Notes: generated by a model from the sequence alone, not told the origin. Positions 31,226 to 45,532 are shown, counted from the first letter of the stretch. The stretch is DNA of 64,000 bases from Octopus vulgaris (GCA_951406725.2 OX597818.1:77996001-78060000), one strand, 5' to 3'. Program-made: numbers and translations.

Positions 31226-31540
31226 ATAGGCGTTGGTATGGCTGTATAGTTAAGAAGTTCACTTTGCAACCACATGGTTCCCGGTTCAATCCCATTGCGT
31301 AACACCTTGGGAATGAGTCCTCTACTATTGGCTTAGGCCGACCAACGCCTTGCGTGTGAATTTGGTAGACAGAAACTGTGAGAAACCTGACGTGTGTGTT
31401 TGTGTGTGTGTAGTTAGGCAAAGAAGCCGACTAAATCAATACCGGATTTAAAATAAGTACTGTGGCCGACTTGTTCCATTAACTCGACAAGACGGTGCTC
31501 CAGCATGACTAGTTGAATGACTGAAACATGTGAAAGAGAA
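31226..31540 (+). mobile_element. SINE family A (internally deleted)
   Basis: Homology to 15216-15625. Confidence 0.75.
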
Positions 31541-31719
31541 AAAAGGTTAAGAGTAATTACTGGAGACAAAGGAAATGGTAAAGGTGTTGGGTGTCAATAG
31601 ATGCACCTGTACTGTTTTTGTAAGCCTTTGTCTCCTTTTTAAATACAATAAAATGTGACAAATTACGTGTTAGCTACAATCACAACGACAATGACACTGG
31701 CATCAACATTGGTATCAAT

Positions 31720-32117
31720 CCTTTCTACTATAGGCACAAGGCCTGAAATCTTTGTGGAGGAGAATAGTCGATTACATCGACCCCAGGGCTCGATTGGTAC
31801 TAATTTGATCGACTTCGAAAAGACAAAAGACAAAATCGACCTTGGCGGAATTTGAACTCAGAACATAAAGACCAACGAAATACCTATTTCTTTATTACCC
31901 ACAAGGGGCTAAACACAGAGATGACAAACAAGGACAGACAAACAGATTAAGTCGATTGTATCGACTCCAGTGCGTAACTGGTACTTAATTTATCGACCCC
32001 GAAAGGATGAAAGGCAAAGTCGACCTCAGCGGAATTTGAACTCAGAACGTAACGGCAGACGAAATACTGCTAAGCATTTCGCCCGGTGTGCTAACGATTC
32101 TGCCAGCTCATTGCCTT
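31720..32117 (-). mobile_element. SINE family B (Nin/Deu-like domain), partial tandem
   Basis: Reverse complement of GGCGAGCTGGCAGAATCGTTAGCAC..GAGTTCAAATTCCGCCGAGGTCGACTTTGCCTTTCATCC. Confidence 0.8.
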
Positions 32118-32628
32118 ATCAATGATAATAATAGATTTCGAAATGTGAATAATTAACAAAATAAAATACATATCACATATCCTTATGGTGTTAGCTTAAA
32201 GTAGGGTGTGGCTGTGATAATTAATCACATGACTCAAATTAACACCCGGAATTAGATTATCCGTGACCTGATATTACGTGTATGTACATTGGAAATGGAA
32301 TAGAGGCATAACATCGCAGCTGGGAAAAGTGTCAGTAAAAAACTGGCCGGAGGTCGAATTTTGCCATTTTTTATAGCTGTAAACTATCCTTCTGGAAACT
32401 TAAACTATTTGGCGGAAATCACAAACCTTCCTTTGAAGGTTGCTGCATGAACTACAAGTCAGCCAGTGCTGATTGGTCAAGCCATATTCACAAAGGAATT
32501 ATTGTTTTTTGTGGCTGCACTTTTCCGTGGACCTAGACAGGTAAAATCAGAGAGCTATGATTCAGTACTCAACAACAGCTTCACAACACTTGTTTGTTTC
32601 TTTTTTCATATACTTCAAATCCTACATA

Positions 32629-32649
32629 ATGGGTTCGAGTCTACTACAG
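32629..32649 (+). CDS. Candidate alternative first micro-exon CDS (MGSSLLQ)
   Basis: cATAATGG start context, CAG|GTATGT donor, phase 0; inverted CCAAT (GATTGG) at ~32470. Confidence 0.3.
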
Positions 32650-33212
32650 GTATGTAATCTCCCTTCTAAACAAAACACTTAGTTATTCACACTCATTTTA
32701 TTTAGCTGCGTAGAATAAGAGATATCCTGGTAATGTTCATCATATAATGGCACATTTTTCTTGGGAAAATATTCTTTTCATCATTATAATGTTAGATATT
32801 CAAGTGCTAAGTGCTAACATAATAAGATTCAATCAGATCCATGGAGTCATTTATTATTATTGCAATACTTTTGTATCTATTTTTGCTATTTCTTTATAAG
32901 TCATTTGCTGTCACTGATTTAGTGAGGTACTTAAGTAAAATTGTGTAATGCTTTGGATTGTTCTCCGATATTCTTAACTTAAATTTATTTTGTGCTCCTC
33001 TACATCAGTTTCGCTTCCAGCATATTCCAGTATATCGAGAAAACAATAATATCTCCAGTGCCATTCCATTCTTTATATATCTGTTCATGACATATCGCAT
33101 TATTGCCATATATTAAGTTCGTATTATTATTTTTTTCTGTTTGGTACTCCATCGTCATATGTCTGAAAAGAGGTAAGATTTCTTAAAATTTCAAAAACAA
33201 CAAACAAAAGAC

Positions 33213-33372
33213 AGTCGTGGCTGTATGGTAAGAAGCTTCCTTCCCAACTACAAGGTTCTAAGTTCAGTCCCACTGTGTAGCACCTTGGCCAAGCGTCTTC
33301 TACTATAGCTCCGGGCTGACCAAAGTCTTGTGAGTGGATATGGTAGACGGAAACTGAAAGAAGCTCGTGGTG

Positions 33373-33405
<33 letters not shown>

Positions 33406-33620
33406 TTGTATGTATGTATGCGTTTACGTGTCTTTGTACTGTTTGACAATGTTGGTCTGTTTACGTCCCGTAACGTAGCAGTTCGGCAAAAGACCGATGG
33501 AATAAATACTTGGCTTAAAAAAAATTAAAAAGTACTGGGCCTAATTTGTTCGACTAAGAAACTTCAAGGCGGTGCCCCAGCATGGCCGCTGTCAAATGGC
33601 TAAAACAAGTAAAAGATAAA
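33213..33620 (+). mobile_element. SINE family A
   Basis: Homology to 15216-15625. Confidence 0.8.
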
Positions 33621-34754
33621 GTTCAAGAGGAAAAACAGAGCTACAAAAAAACAAAACAAAAAAAAACAAACCAAAAAACAAAACAAAACAAACATAAAAC
33701 AGTACGATTAAAATATTTTTCGTGTTAATGCAAATGACGTAAGAAAGGGTTAAAACAAATGGGAGGGGGAATAAAAAGAACGAACGAATTTATCTGACAG
33801 TCCACTATGTCAACAGTCTGTCAGTTCATCAGTCTATTAGTAACATAGTTGAAGGAAAAACTCTTGGGAAGCATTTTTAAAAATACAAAATACAAACAGG
33901 GTAGGTCATCATATATTGAATGGAGTTAAAAAAAGAAAGAAAATTCGCTCAACTGAGATTCTCCAAGTAATTAGTGGAAAAATCTCCTCATCTAGGGATA
34001 GGTTTCAAAATTTAAAAACCTGCAAGTTTATCAAAAATTTTTAACGGTCCATATCGGAGTGGGTCTTGTCTTCAAAACCAACTAGTGAAAGTAAGACACG
34101 TTTTGATCTTATTAAACCTTCTCAGTGGAACATATTCTACATAACTGGCAAGAATTACAAATGATAAGCTTATCTACTGCTAATACCCTAATCGCCAATC
34201 GCTAGTGGTTGGGATGTTGCACTCAGGATCACGAGATTGTGGTTTTGATTTCCGGGCCGGAAGTAATACACTTCGTATCACGTAGCTCCAGTCCAGTTGG
34301 CTTTAAATGAGTAACTCTGCAACATACTGACGTCCCGTTCAGGAGGAATGTTGTAGTCTCGGTCACATATATACGATGGAAACTGGTTAATCAGTCCTAT
34401 GTGTCCAAGGACTCGAGATAGTGATGTCCAGTGGTTGTTAATGATGATGTATATTTATATTTATACATGTAAAAATGGATGTGTTAACTATTTAATATTG
34501 AGACACTTCTTTCTGATTGAATCTGCAAACTAATAAAGCCTTACAGTAGCTGGGGTCTGTACCATCAAATAGTTCCTTAATAGAACTTTGATGAAAATTT
34601 TGCTAACTTATGAGTGAAGTTCTTAAAAGTGAGGGGGCTGGTATCATACGATGCTAATATGAGTTCCACGCTTCCATTAATCACGAGTTATTTGAGGATT
34701 AGAAACCATAAGACCCGAGTAGCGATTCACGCAGACTCACTCTGCTTAATGATA

Positions 34755-34970
34755 GTGGTTTCAAATTTTGGCACAAGGCCAGCAGTTTTGGGAGGAGGGG
34801 CCAAGTCGATTACATCGACACCACTATTCAACTGGTACTATTTTATCGAACCTGAAAGGATGAAAAGCAAAGTCAACCACGGCGGAACTTGAACTTACAA
34901 CCTAGAGACGGACGAAATGCTGCTAAGCATCTTTCTCGGCGTGCTAACGATTCTGTCAGCTGCTACCTTA
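34755..34970 (-). mobile_element. SINE family B
   Basis: Homology to 61748-61978. Confidence 0.75.
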
Positions 34971-35063
34971 CTCTGCTTAATAATATTGAGTACTTGTTTT
35001 GCTTGATTATAATTCATACAAGATTGAATCTATATCTATCTAATTATCTGCCTGCCTGTCTAT

Positions 35064-35106
<43 letters not shown>

Positions 35107-36824
35107 GTAAAGAGAAACTAAAGTTGTTGAAAGGTAGGGTTGTTTACATTGCCATTATGTGAGATGCTGAGATGAGGGAAATATTTCTGTAGTTCACGGT
35201 CAGACAGTCAGAGTTTGATCTATCTTATGTCATGTGGGGTTGTGTATCTCTCATGAACTTTATGATTTAAGGTGACTTAATTAAAACGGTCTCCGATCAA
35301 AAATTTATATGGTAACAAAAGGTTTTAATTTTTGTATGACAATCACCTTTTGTATTCTGTAACTCACTTGAGATTTCCCCTGTTTTACAACATGACTTTT
35401 GTTTTAAAACGATCTAAATTACTCTCCCCACACTTCAAAATTTCATGTTAGTTAATGTTCCAAACAATAGCTTTTCATATTGACACGGTTATCTTACAAA
35501 ATTCTTCTTTTTGAAATTAATTGAAACAAAGGCAGTTGATTCACCTTTTTTTTTAATTTATACGCTGTTATGATACATTCATTTTGTTTTATATTTTTAT
35601 ATAATCAGCTTCATTTTGAAATGTGTCGTAATCTATATTTTGTTATATCAAATGAACCAATACAGAAAAAATGATATGAGATATGGGTAATAACGAAGAA
35701 GCACCGATTACTCTCTCTTACATTATCCTAAATGATAGAGCTTAGGAAAATTCACAGAACTGATATCTGTTGAATAGCATAACCATTTGTTGCTCAGATG
35801 TGTTCTTGCCGTTATTACAAGTGCCACTACTTTTACATACATGACAATTTTGCGTCGAAATATCAAAACTCATAAGTCTCATCTTCTTACTGTTCTATGA
35901 TTCCTGTAGTGTTATTTGAGGTGGCGCTAGTACAACAGTGACACTATGATCGCTGTTGTGCTACCGCCATACCTCACCACCACTAACATCTCACATAGTA
36001 CACCACCGCTGAACAATCTCAGCACTACCACTTCAGCTCTACAGCCATTTCTAGGGAAGCTTCTTAATTGAACCATTACTGATACATGCCTAGATTACAA
36101 CCCCTAACATTTGCAGTATCAGGGCACACTCTTTACTAAGGTCATCTCTGCTGAATATCTAAGTCGTTGTCGCATTACTAGAGCACCGTTGCAATACAAT
36201 CATAGTTATATCAAGTGATAGAATCCGAAGATTGCCAGACGAAAATACTTCTGAGCATATGGGTTCGTACCTACCCATCCTGGGTTCAAATCCACCTGGA
36301 TCAATAAAATAAGTGTCAGGCATGTAATGTATCGATCCAATCAAATATATCCTTTTTTCTTCTGCCCATAAAATCCGGATTATCAATACCTACATGGATA
36401 CTGAGATATTTACTCAGTTATATCAGTAATTCTGATCCACCTCGTGTCTGTTTATTATGAACAAAAGAACCTTCAATTTCTCATTTCCCCCAGTTTAACA
36501 GTTAATATTGCATGAAGAACTCGACTGCTATCAGGGTAACTTTCATTTACTTAAATATAGCTTCAACTCTCTCTCAATCACTCCTTTGTACTAAGTTGTC
36601 TCTTAATAAGGTCTGAGGTATTCAGACTGGTGGGTCACTGATCGGCATTATCTGGGCTACCTTTGATTTTTCCGTTTATACTAATTCACCTGTTTGTTGA
36701 TTAAAATCAAGAAGACACTCGATGTACGGAATGCTGTAAATCCTTTGTCAGGTTGTCTTTTATATGCCCTGTAAACTCGATTCTAGATCAGGGACACTGA
36801 CGTAGAAACAGGTGTAGCGTAATC

Positions 36825-36842
36825 ATGAAGAAAGACTTGTCG
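36825..36842 (+). CDS. Candidate alternative first micro-exon CDS (MKKDLS)
   Basis: aATCATGA start context, TCG|GTATGT donor, phase 0, unique upstream sequence. Confidence 0.3.
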
Positions 36843-37844
36843 GTATGTATACATAATTTATTACCACATTAGTACAGAAGGTATTCCTGCAATGCAAGAA
36901 TAATTTTTTAATGAAATAACGAGTATTACAGGTGCAAGATAGAAATTCACATTTAGGCTGATTTTTATATATTGCATATTTTTGTTGGAATGTTGCCGTA
37001 GTATGTTTCTTCATCTATCGCTCCGGGTTGTATATGTAGGTGTCATAACAGCTATTATTGAGAGAGAACTCTACCAAAGATCGAATTCATTCTAGGTTAG
37101 AATTCACCCTGTCTCCTCTACACTAAAACCAGCTATATTTGTACGCTCTGTTCACAAACATTCCTAGTCATTGTCGCCGGACTATCATGTAAACTAAGAG
37201 AGCTGATTGGACAGAAATGGGGTCTTCATGCATGATAAGCTCATGATATTCATGTAGGCAAATGCAGGGTCGAATTCAACTGTTATATAGGATTACAAGT
37301 CAGTCCATGTGACTTTTGACAGGCATCAGTTGGTCTTAGTCATTCTACTCCCATATGAATTGGTTCTTGTCGTTGGTAGCGGTTAGCTTTGATCATGCAG
37401 AACTATGATCAATGGTGTTACATCCGTGATCATACCACCTTTTCTCTCCAGGTATATCTAATACTACATTATCAAATGTGTCCTTTTTTATGTTTGTAGG
37501 GCGGGATTTCAGTGACACTGGCTACTCTTTCTAGCAACTAGAGTAACAACACTTAGGCTCTCTCGTTGGCCCGACCAATTCATTGGATTTGTAAAGTATA
37601 AATGCAAGATAGAACAATAAAGTTTGTGTGTGTATGTGTGTTTCACTCTGGGTTAAACTGTTCACAACAGTCATGAACAGCTCAGCCCGAGGCAACATTT
37701 TAAGTTGACTATCAACTTTTATATGCTGATACAATAAAAAAGTCTATCCACTCTTCTCAATTTATTGAGTTCTATATGAGATAACGGTCGCACTATGTAA
37801 AATATATTTTCATGTACTTTACGACACTTACGTTCCGGTATATG

Positions 37845-37985
37845 CCTATTTCTTTATTACCCACAAGGGGCTAAACATAGAGGGGACAAACAAGGACAGA
37901 CACAGGCATAAAGTCGATTACATAGACCCCAGTGCGTAACTGGTACTTAATTTATCGACCCCGAAAGGATGAAAGGCCAAGTCGA
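37845..37985 (-). mobile_element. SINE family B 3' part, abutting the mariner
   Basis: Homology to 61748-61978. Confidence 0.75.
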
Positions 37986-39233
37986 GGGGATACCCAAAAG
38001 CAACCGGAAACGTTATCTGTGGGACAAGTCCGTAATAGTTCAGGCTTCTTTCGCTAGAACCCACTTGATGCAACTCTCAGGCCTCAGTCTGCCGACCGGC
38101 GTCGTCTTCTGGAGTTGTACTGTCATGTGGTACGTCTTTGTTTTGCAGTGCTCTGTCAATTTTTGCGATGGCTGAAACGAAGTAACAGCGTGCTTCCGTG
38201 AAATTCTGTTTTCTGAGGAAAACGGCGGCCGAAACAGTTGTTATGCTTCAAACAACTTACAAGGACGATGCCATGAGCAAAATACAAGTTTACGAATTGT
38301 TTTCACGCTTTAGGTATGATCACTTGTCGCTTGGAGACCACTCGCGTTCAGGGCCACCGTCGACCTCCCGAACGAATGAAAACATCGCGAAAATTCATGA
38401 ACTGATCTTCAAGGACCGTCGCCGAACAAGTGACGAACTTGTTGCTATGACTGGTTTGTCCTGGGGCTCCATCCAACGAATTTTGAGCGAGAAATTGCGA
38501 ATGAAAAGAGTTGCAGCAAAATTTGTGCCTCGCTTGCTCAAGGAAGATCAATATCAATCACGACTGAATGCGTGTCGTGAACTGAAAGAGCAGTTGGAAG
38601 TTCAAAGGTCATCATTGATGACGAAGAGTGGTGCTACCCGGAAACGAAGCAACAGTCAAGTCAATATAAACATTCAATGTTACCATCCCCCCCCACCAAA
38701 TGCGCGTCAAGTGAAGTCCATTGTCAAGACGATGCTGATTTGTTTCATCGATGCGAAAGGAATTGTCCACACAGAATTTGTTTCTTCTGGTTAAACTGTT
38801 GGCAGTCCTGAAGCATTTGCGAGATGTGGTGAGACGAAAACACCCCTGTAGTAAAGTGGAGAGTGGTGGTTTCATCACGACAATGCGTCTACACACATCA
38901 TCTTGAGTGTGAGACAGCTTTTGACTAAAAATGGCATGAACCCCGCATACCCACCCTCCCTATTCACTCGATCTTCCTCCTTGCGACATTTTCATTCCCA
39001 TCGAATGAAAATAGTTTTGCAGATGTAGAAGACGCGAAGAAAAAAATAACGACGTTGGCATTAAAAGGCATCACTTTGCTAGAGCTGCAGGACTGATTCG
39101 AACAGTGGAAAACGCGTCTGGACCGATTCAGTGCTTCAAGTGGAGAATACTTTAAAGGCAATAAAAATGTAACTATGCAAAACTATGTGAATAAAATATT
39201 GTAAAATTCCGGTTTCTTTTGGGTACCCCCTCA
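37983..39233 (+). mobile_element. Full-length decayed mariner transposon
   Basis: TIRs CGAGGGGATACCCAAAAGCAACCGGAA / TTCCGGTTTCTTTTGGGTACCCCCTC; KTAAETVVMLQ, RVAAKFVPRLL, KTMLICFID, HHDNA, PPYSLDLPPCD. Confidence 0.9.
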
Positions 39234-39245
39234 AACATACATACC

Positions 39246-39276
<31 letters not shown>

Positions 39277-40129
39277 CTATATCTGATATTTCAACATAAA
39301 GGTAAAAGGTAAAGCCCCCTCACCCCTTCGGTCATGAATGACCAAGGGATTGCACGTAGGAAGTTCCTCTCCGAAGCACAAGTCCAGGCAAGGTTTTTAT
39401 GGAAGACCAGCAGTCGCCCGTACATACCAGTCTCCCCTCTCCACGCCATCGATGTTATCCAAGGCAAAGGCCGATACAGGTCGGCACCCGTAACTAATTT
39501 CTACAGTTGAGTGAACTGGGGAAACCTGAAATAAAGTGTTTTGCTCAAGAGCACAATACACAACCCGATCCGGAAATCGAACTCACTACCTCATAACTGT
39601 GAGCCATGCACCTTATATATATATGAGTGAGAGTTAACGTAAGATGGACAGGATGCGTGTCATACAGCTTTCTGAATAATACTCATTTTTTAAAAATAGA
39701 ATTTTTAATAGTGTAGACTGCGATTATGTTGATAAATCAAGAAAATAACATTTATTGTAAAGAAAGTTCATTGAAAAAGTGGTGCCAGGACGACCATCCT
39801 CTAACAGGGGGGCGCCTCAAATATACAAAGCAGATATTTGCTTCATTTAATTATATTATAAAGTAATATTTTTTTTTGAAAATTAGTATTCATTTCATCA
39901 TTTTGTAGTAAGCATAAAGAAATTTGACAAAAGTAAAATTACAATTATTGTGTATGCCATATATCCTGATGTTACCCAAAGAGGTGCAGTATACTTCCTA
40001 AGTTATCCATTATATGACGGGTATCACTCTAGTATATATGCACAAAGACACGACAGAAGTTAATAGACACTCTTATAATCGTTAAAGTTTATTTAAATCT
40101 GAAATTATACATTCAAATTATTTATTGTT

Positions 40130-40470
40130 TTAATGTGAATATTTAATATTTAGAAGACATACCCCTTGCATTTTTCAATGCAAGGACCCTATTAGGCATG
40201 TTAATGATCAGATGAATATTCTCTTGAGGAATTTCTTGCCAAATTTCATGCAGTAATCTCAAAAGATCTGGCTTTGAAGATGCTTTCCTGTTCTTTTTAT
40301 GAAGTGTCCTGTCCATTGTGTTCCGGAGGTTCTCAACAGGATTCATATCTGGTGATTAGCTTGGCCATGGAAGCTTTTTAACGCCATTCTCATCCAACAG
40401 TTGTGTGTGACATGTTTGGACCGTTGCACACCGTAGGTTTGGTGTTGAAACGTTTCTCAACCTATAAGGA
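40130..40470 (-). mobile_element. Tc1-like transposase C-terminal fragment
   Basis: LPWP..SPDMNPVENL...NMPNRVLALKNARGMSSKY*. Confidence 0.75.
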
Positions 40471-40527
40471 GTAGGTTATCTTTTGTCGCAACCTATGTGT
40501 GTGTGCATGTATCTGTTATCGTATTTT

Positions 40528-40711
40528 TTCTTACTTGTTTCAGTCATTAGACTGCGGCCATGGAGAGGCACTGCCTTGAAGCATTTTAGTCGAACGAATC
40601 GATCCTAGGTTTTATTTTTTTTAAGCCAGGTGCTTATTCTCTCGATCACTTTTGCTACACCGCTCAGTTACGGTGATGCAAACACATGAACACTAATTGT
40701 CAAGCGGTGCT

Positions 40712-40776
<65 letters not shown>

Positions 40777-40950
40777 TATATATATATATAAATGACAGGC
40801 TTCTTTCAGTTTCCGTCTACCAAATCCACTCACAAGGTTTTAATTGGTCCGAGGTTATAGTAGAAAACAAGGGCCTAAGGAGCTATGCAGTGGATCTGAA
40901 CCCGGAACCATGTAGTTGACAAAAACTTTCTCATCACATAGCTGTATGTA
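40528..40950 (-). mobile_element. SINE family A
   Basis: Homology to 15216-15625. Confidence 0.75.
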
Positions 40951-41142
40951 CGCGCGCGTTAAATGTTTACAAGAGGTCGGACATTGACATCAGATTTTCG
41001 GTTTGCTAGCCTTCACAGAACTGTTCACCCTAAGAGCTTGCAAGCCGAAACTTTGAAGCCACTCTACTAAAATGTATTGAGTAATTCTTCGGTTTAATTT
41101 TAAATTATTTTTATATACACCCTGCCATAAACACCCCCCCCC

Positions 41143-41169
<27 letters not shown>

Positions 41170-41180
<11 letters not shown>

Positions 41181-41312
41181 CATATATATACCACGGGCTT
41201 CTTTCAATTTCCGTCACCCAAATCCACTCACAAAGCTTTGGTTGGCCCGAGGCTATAGTAGAAGACACTTGTCCAAAGTGCCACGCAATGGGACTGAACG
41301 CGGAACAATGTC
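41170..41312 (-). mobile_element. SINE family A 5' half
   Basis: Homology to 15216-15625. Confidence 0.7.
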
Positions 41313-41899
41313 GCCGTGAAGAAAGCTTGAGGTGCACGATTTTTTTTTAATCGAAGCAGAGCGTGCGACAGAAAAGGTCGAGAAACACTAATCTAGGCAA
41401 TACATGCCCGAGAGGTTCAAACTTAGTAACTACTCCTTCATTGGTCCCATAAACCAGTTAGAAATGGAAAAAAAAAAAAACCAAAATGAAGGAAGGACGG
41501 CTTAAACCTTCACCTGATTGTTATATGGTAGCAGCTACAGTTTCTAATCCAGTACTATACGGAACACAGATTATAGTAAAGTATTAGCTAGGCTACATAT
41601 GTTTTCCTGTTGTACTAGTTCACCTAAGCCTTAGGTCAGGGACATGGAGAGGTGGATTACATTTGTGTTTAGCCTACTACACTTTCACTCAAGTCTCTTC
41701 ATACCGACACTTTGTGATAATCGGGTTTAACTAATTGTTGTCTGTCTATCAGTTTCTTCTATACGTAGTTACTATTTAAAAAATCCCCCTCCTCTTTCTC
41801 CCATTACAGATGCTTTACTCTCTCTCCTTTCTCTCTTTACCCCCCCCTCTCTATTTCTCTCTCTCTCTCTCTCAGTATAGATGCTTTACTATATATTTT

Positions 41900-43205
41900 A
41901 AGACGGCGAGCTGGCAGAAACGTTAGCACGCCGGGCGAAATGCGTAGCCGTATTTCGTCTGCCGTTACGTTCTGAGTTCAAATTCCGCCGAGATCGACTT
42001 TACCTTTCATCCTTTCGGGGTCAATAAATCAAGTACCAGTTACGCACTGGAGTCGATGTAATCGACTTAAACGGTTTGTCTGTCCTTGTTTGTTCCCTCT
42101 GTATGTAGCCCCTTGTGGGTAGTAAAGAAATAGGTATTTCATCTGCCGCTACGTTCTGAGTTCAAATTCCGCCGAAGTCGACTTTGTCTTTCATTCTTTC
42201 GGGGTCGATTAAATAAGTACCAGTTACGCACTGGAGTCAATATAATCGACTTAATCCGTTTGTCTGTCTTTGTTTGTCCCCTCTGTGTATAGCCCCTTGT
42301 GTGCAGTAAAGAAATAGGTATTTCGTCTGCCGTTAAAGGCGGCGAGCTGGCAGACTATGCCGGGCGAAATGCTTAGCGGTATTTCGTCTGCAGCTACGTT
42401 TTGAGTTCAAATTCCGCCGAGGTCGACTTTGCTTTTCATCCTTTCGGGGTCGATATAATCTACTTAATCCGTTTGTCTGCCCTTGTTTGACCTCTCTGTG
42501 AGTAGTAAAGAAATAGGTATTTCGTCTGTCTTTACTTTCTGAGTTAAAATTCCACCGAGGTCGACTTTGCCTTTCGTCCTTTCGGGGGTCGATAAATTAA
42601 GTACCAGTTGCTTACTGGGATCGATCTAATCGACTGGCCTCCTCCCCAAAAATTTCGGGCCTTATGCCTAGAGTAGAAAAGAGTGTCATTGAGTGATAAT
42701 GGTAGTCCAAAATTTCGGGCCTTGTGCCTAGAGCAGAAAAGATTATTATTACTATTGCGAGCTGGCAGAATCGTTAGCACGCCGGACGAAATGCTTAGCA
42801 GTATTTCGTCGGTCTTTACGTTCTGAGTTCAAATTTTGCCGAGGCCGACTTTTCCTTTCATCCTTTTGGAGTCGATAAATTAAGTACCAATGAAATACTG
42901 GGAGACGATGTAATCGACTAGTTCCCTCCCGCGAAACTTCAGGCCTTGCGCCTTTGGTAGAAAGGATTATTATTATCATTACTACTACTACTAAGGCGGT
43001 GAGCTGGCAGAATCGTTAGAACGCCGGGCAAATTGCTTAGCGGCATTTCGACCGTCGTTACGTTCTGAGTTCAAATATCGATCGACTTTGCCGTTCATCC
43101 TTTCGAAGTCGATAAATTAAGTACCAGTTCCATACTGGAGTCGATCTAACCGACTGGCCTCCTCCCCAAAAATTTCGGGCCTTATGCTTAGAGTAGAAAA
43201 GATTG
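41900..43205 (+). mobile_element. Head-to-tail cluster of about six SINE family B units
   Basis: GAGTTCAAATTCCGCCGAGGTCGACTTTG core recurs at ~41975, 42158, 42403, 42541, 42824, 43067. Confidence 0.85.
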
Positions 43206-43739
43206 TCATTTAGTGGTAGTTTAGTGCATACCATCAGAGTGACACAGGGTGAAAATATACGAAACCCAGTTTACTTATGATGACTACCCCTCTGTTAAGG
43301 ATACACCAGGCTCATGCGTCACTACTATATGTGCGCGTTATGGTGATCTCATATCAAGATAAACAGCTCATGACCTTGCAGGTGGTGCCCAGTTAGAATT
43401 TTCTTCAGGTCGAGTAGCCTACCCCGCTCAAAAGGTTCCTGAATAAGGGTTGTTTAAGGATATTGAACGAAACACTCACGTTTCCAAAGGTGAATTATTC
43501 AAACCTCAAAGAATTCTTCTCAACACATGGCTATGATTCTCCCTCACTACCTCTGCTTGTGGTCTAAGATGCACATATCTGCTTGTGGTCAGAGAGCCAC
43601 CAAAGGACATGCTCAACTGGTTAAGGACAAACAACTGACAAGCAAATCTGTAGTATTGAGCAGAAAATTTGCTGTACCAAGACAAAACATGTACATGATA
43701 ACACTTCCAATCAGTTAAGATCAGAAACCATTATTTATT

Positions 43740-44480
43740 TATTCACTTATTATTTATTGCCTTTGCGCAGCTTTTAACGCTGGAGATGTACTACAGTGTC
43801 AGCTGTTCACTACCAGTGAACTAAGGTAATATCTCTTATTTTTCGAGCACCTTCCGGAGTATTCGAGCGGTTCCAAGCAGTGCTGTTTTCTGCAAGTGCT
43901 CCACCCTTATTGCAGCCCCTATTTGTTCCACGTACTTCTCGAGATTTTTGCACACTGTTCCTAGGGCTCCGACAATTATTGGTATTACTGCTACCTTTTT
44001 CATCGACCACAACTGCTTAACTTCCCAAGCTAACCTGTCATACCTATCGACTTTTTTCTTCCTTATCGCATACCTTGTTGTCAGCTGGGTATGCTATATC
44101 CATGATCCAGCGTAGTTTGTTTTCTTTCTCAATTAAGACTATGTCAGACTTCCTATTCTCAATCTCATGGTCGCACTGAATCATAAAATCCCATAGGATC
44201 ATTGCATTTCTATTTTCGTCAATGCCTTCAGGTTTGTGGTCGTACCAATTTTTTTCTCTGTCAAGTCCATACTTGTTGCAAAGTGTCCAATGGACAAGCC
44301 TGGCTATTTTGTCGTGACGTCTCTTATATTACTTCTGAGCTAGTGGCGTACATTGGTTGGTAATATGCCATACGGTTTCACCGTTTTGTCCACAGATTCT
44401 GCACTTATCACTTTCTGATGTGCTGTCTATTCTGTATTTTATGTAGTTTGTTCTTAGTGCTTGCTCTTGGGCAGCACAGA
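43740..44480 (-). mobile_element. R4/Dong-like LINE 3' fragment (CCHC knuckle plus RLE nuclease)
   Basis: AAQEQALRTN, CRICGQNGETVWHITNQC, YKRRHD, LWDFMIQCDHEI, IIVGALGTV; flanked by (TTA)n. Confidence 0.85.
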
Positions 44481-44518
44481 TTATTATTATTATTATCATT
44501 ATTATTATCATCATCATC

Positions 44519-44558
<40 letters not shown>

Positions 44559-44935
44559 TGACTTTACTCTCTGAGTTCAAATTCTGCCGAGCTCAACTTC
44601 ATCTTCCATCCTTTTGGGTCGATAAGTACTAGTCAGGTATTTGGGTTGATGTAATTGACTAACAACTCTCCACGAACATTGTAGGCTTTGTGATAAATTG
44701 TGAAACCGCTATTGTTATTATACTAATCAGCAGATTCAATGCCCCGAGAATTACCAAAATGTCTGATAGGTGCCATACGCATTACTCTCCGCTTTTGAGT
44801 TACTTTGTAACTTCTGACGTTTAAAAATGATAAAATAAATATACTCGTGTATTGTTTTCTGTTTATCCTGTTTGTTTTACTCAACACGCGCGCGCCTATC
44901 CACACATACGTGTATGCGCGTGCGTACGTGCGCGT

Positions 44936-44997
<62 letters not shown>

Positions 44998-45162
44998 CGG
45001 TCAATAGTTCATATATCCGAAAAGAAGCACACTCTTAAACTTTACAGTAGTAACATTTAGAAGGCTGTTTGTTACTCTCTCACCGGCCGTAACAACCCTA
45101 TGTATGTATGTATGTATGTATGTATGTATGTATGTATGTATGTATGAATGTATGTATGTATG

Positions 45163-45214
<52 letters not shown>

Positions 45215-45220
45215 TTGGAC

Positions 45221-45320
<100 letters not shown>

Positions 45321-45346
45321 ATATATATATATATATAGGTTTGAAC

Positions 45347-45390
<44 letters not shown>

Positions 45391-45396
45391 TTGGAC

Positions 45397-45433
<37 letters not shown>

Positions 45434-45450
45434 TATATAGGGTTTGGACA

Positions 45451-45481
<31 letters not shown>

Positions 45482-45502
45482 ATATATATATATATAGGGT
45501 TT

Positions 45503-45532
<30 letters not shown>

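Noticed and set aside
33159-33172. ATG TCT GAA AAG AG|GTAAGA micro-exon
   Set aside because: Strong donor but phase 2, weak start context and no other support
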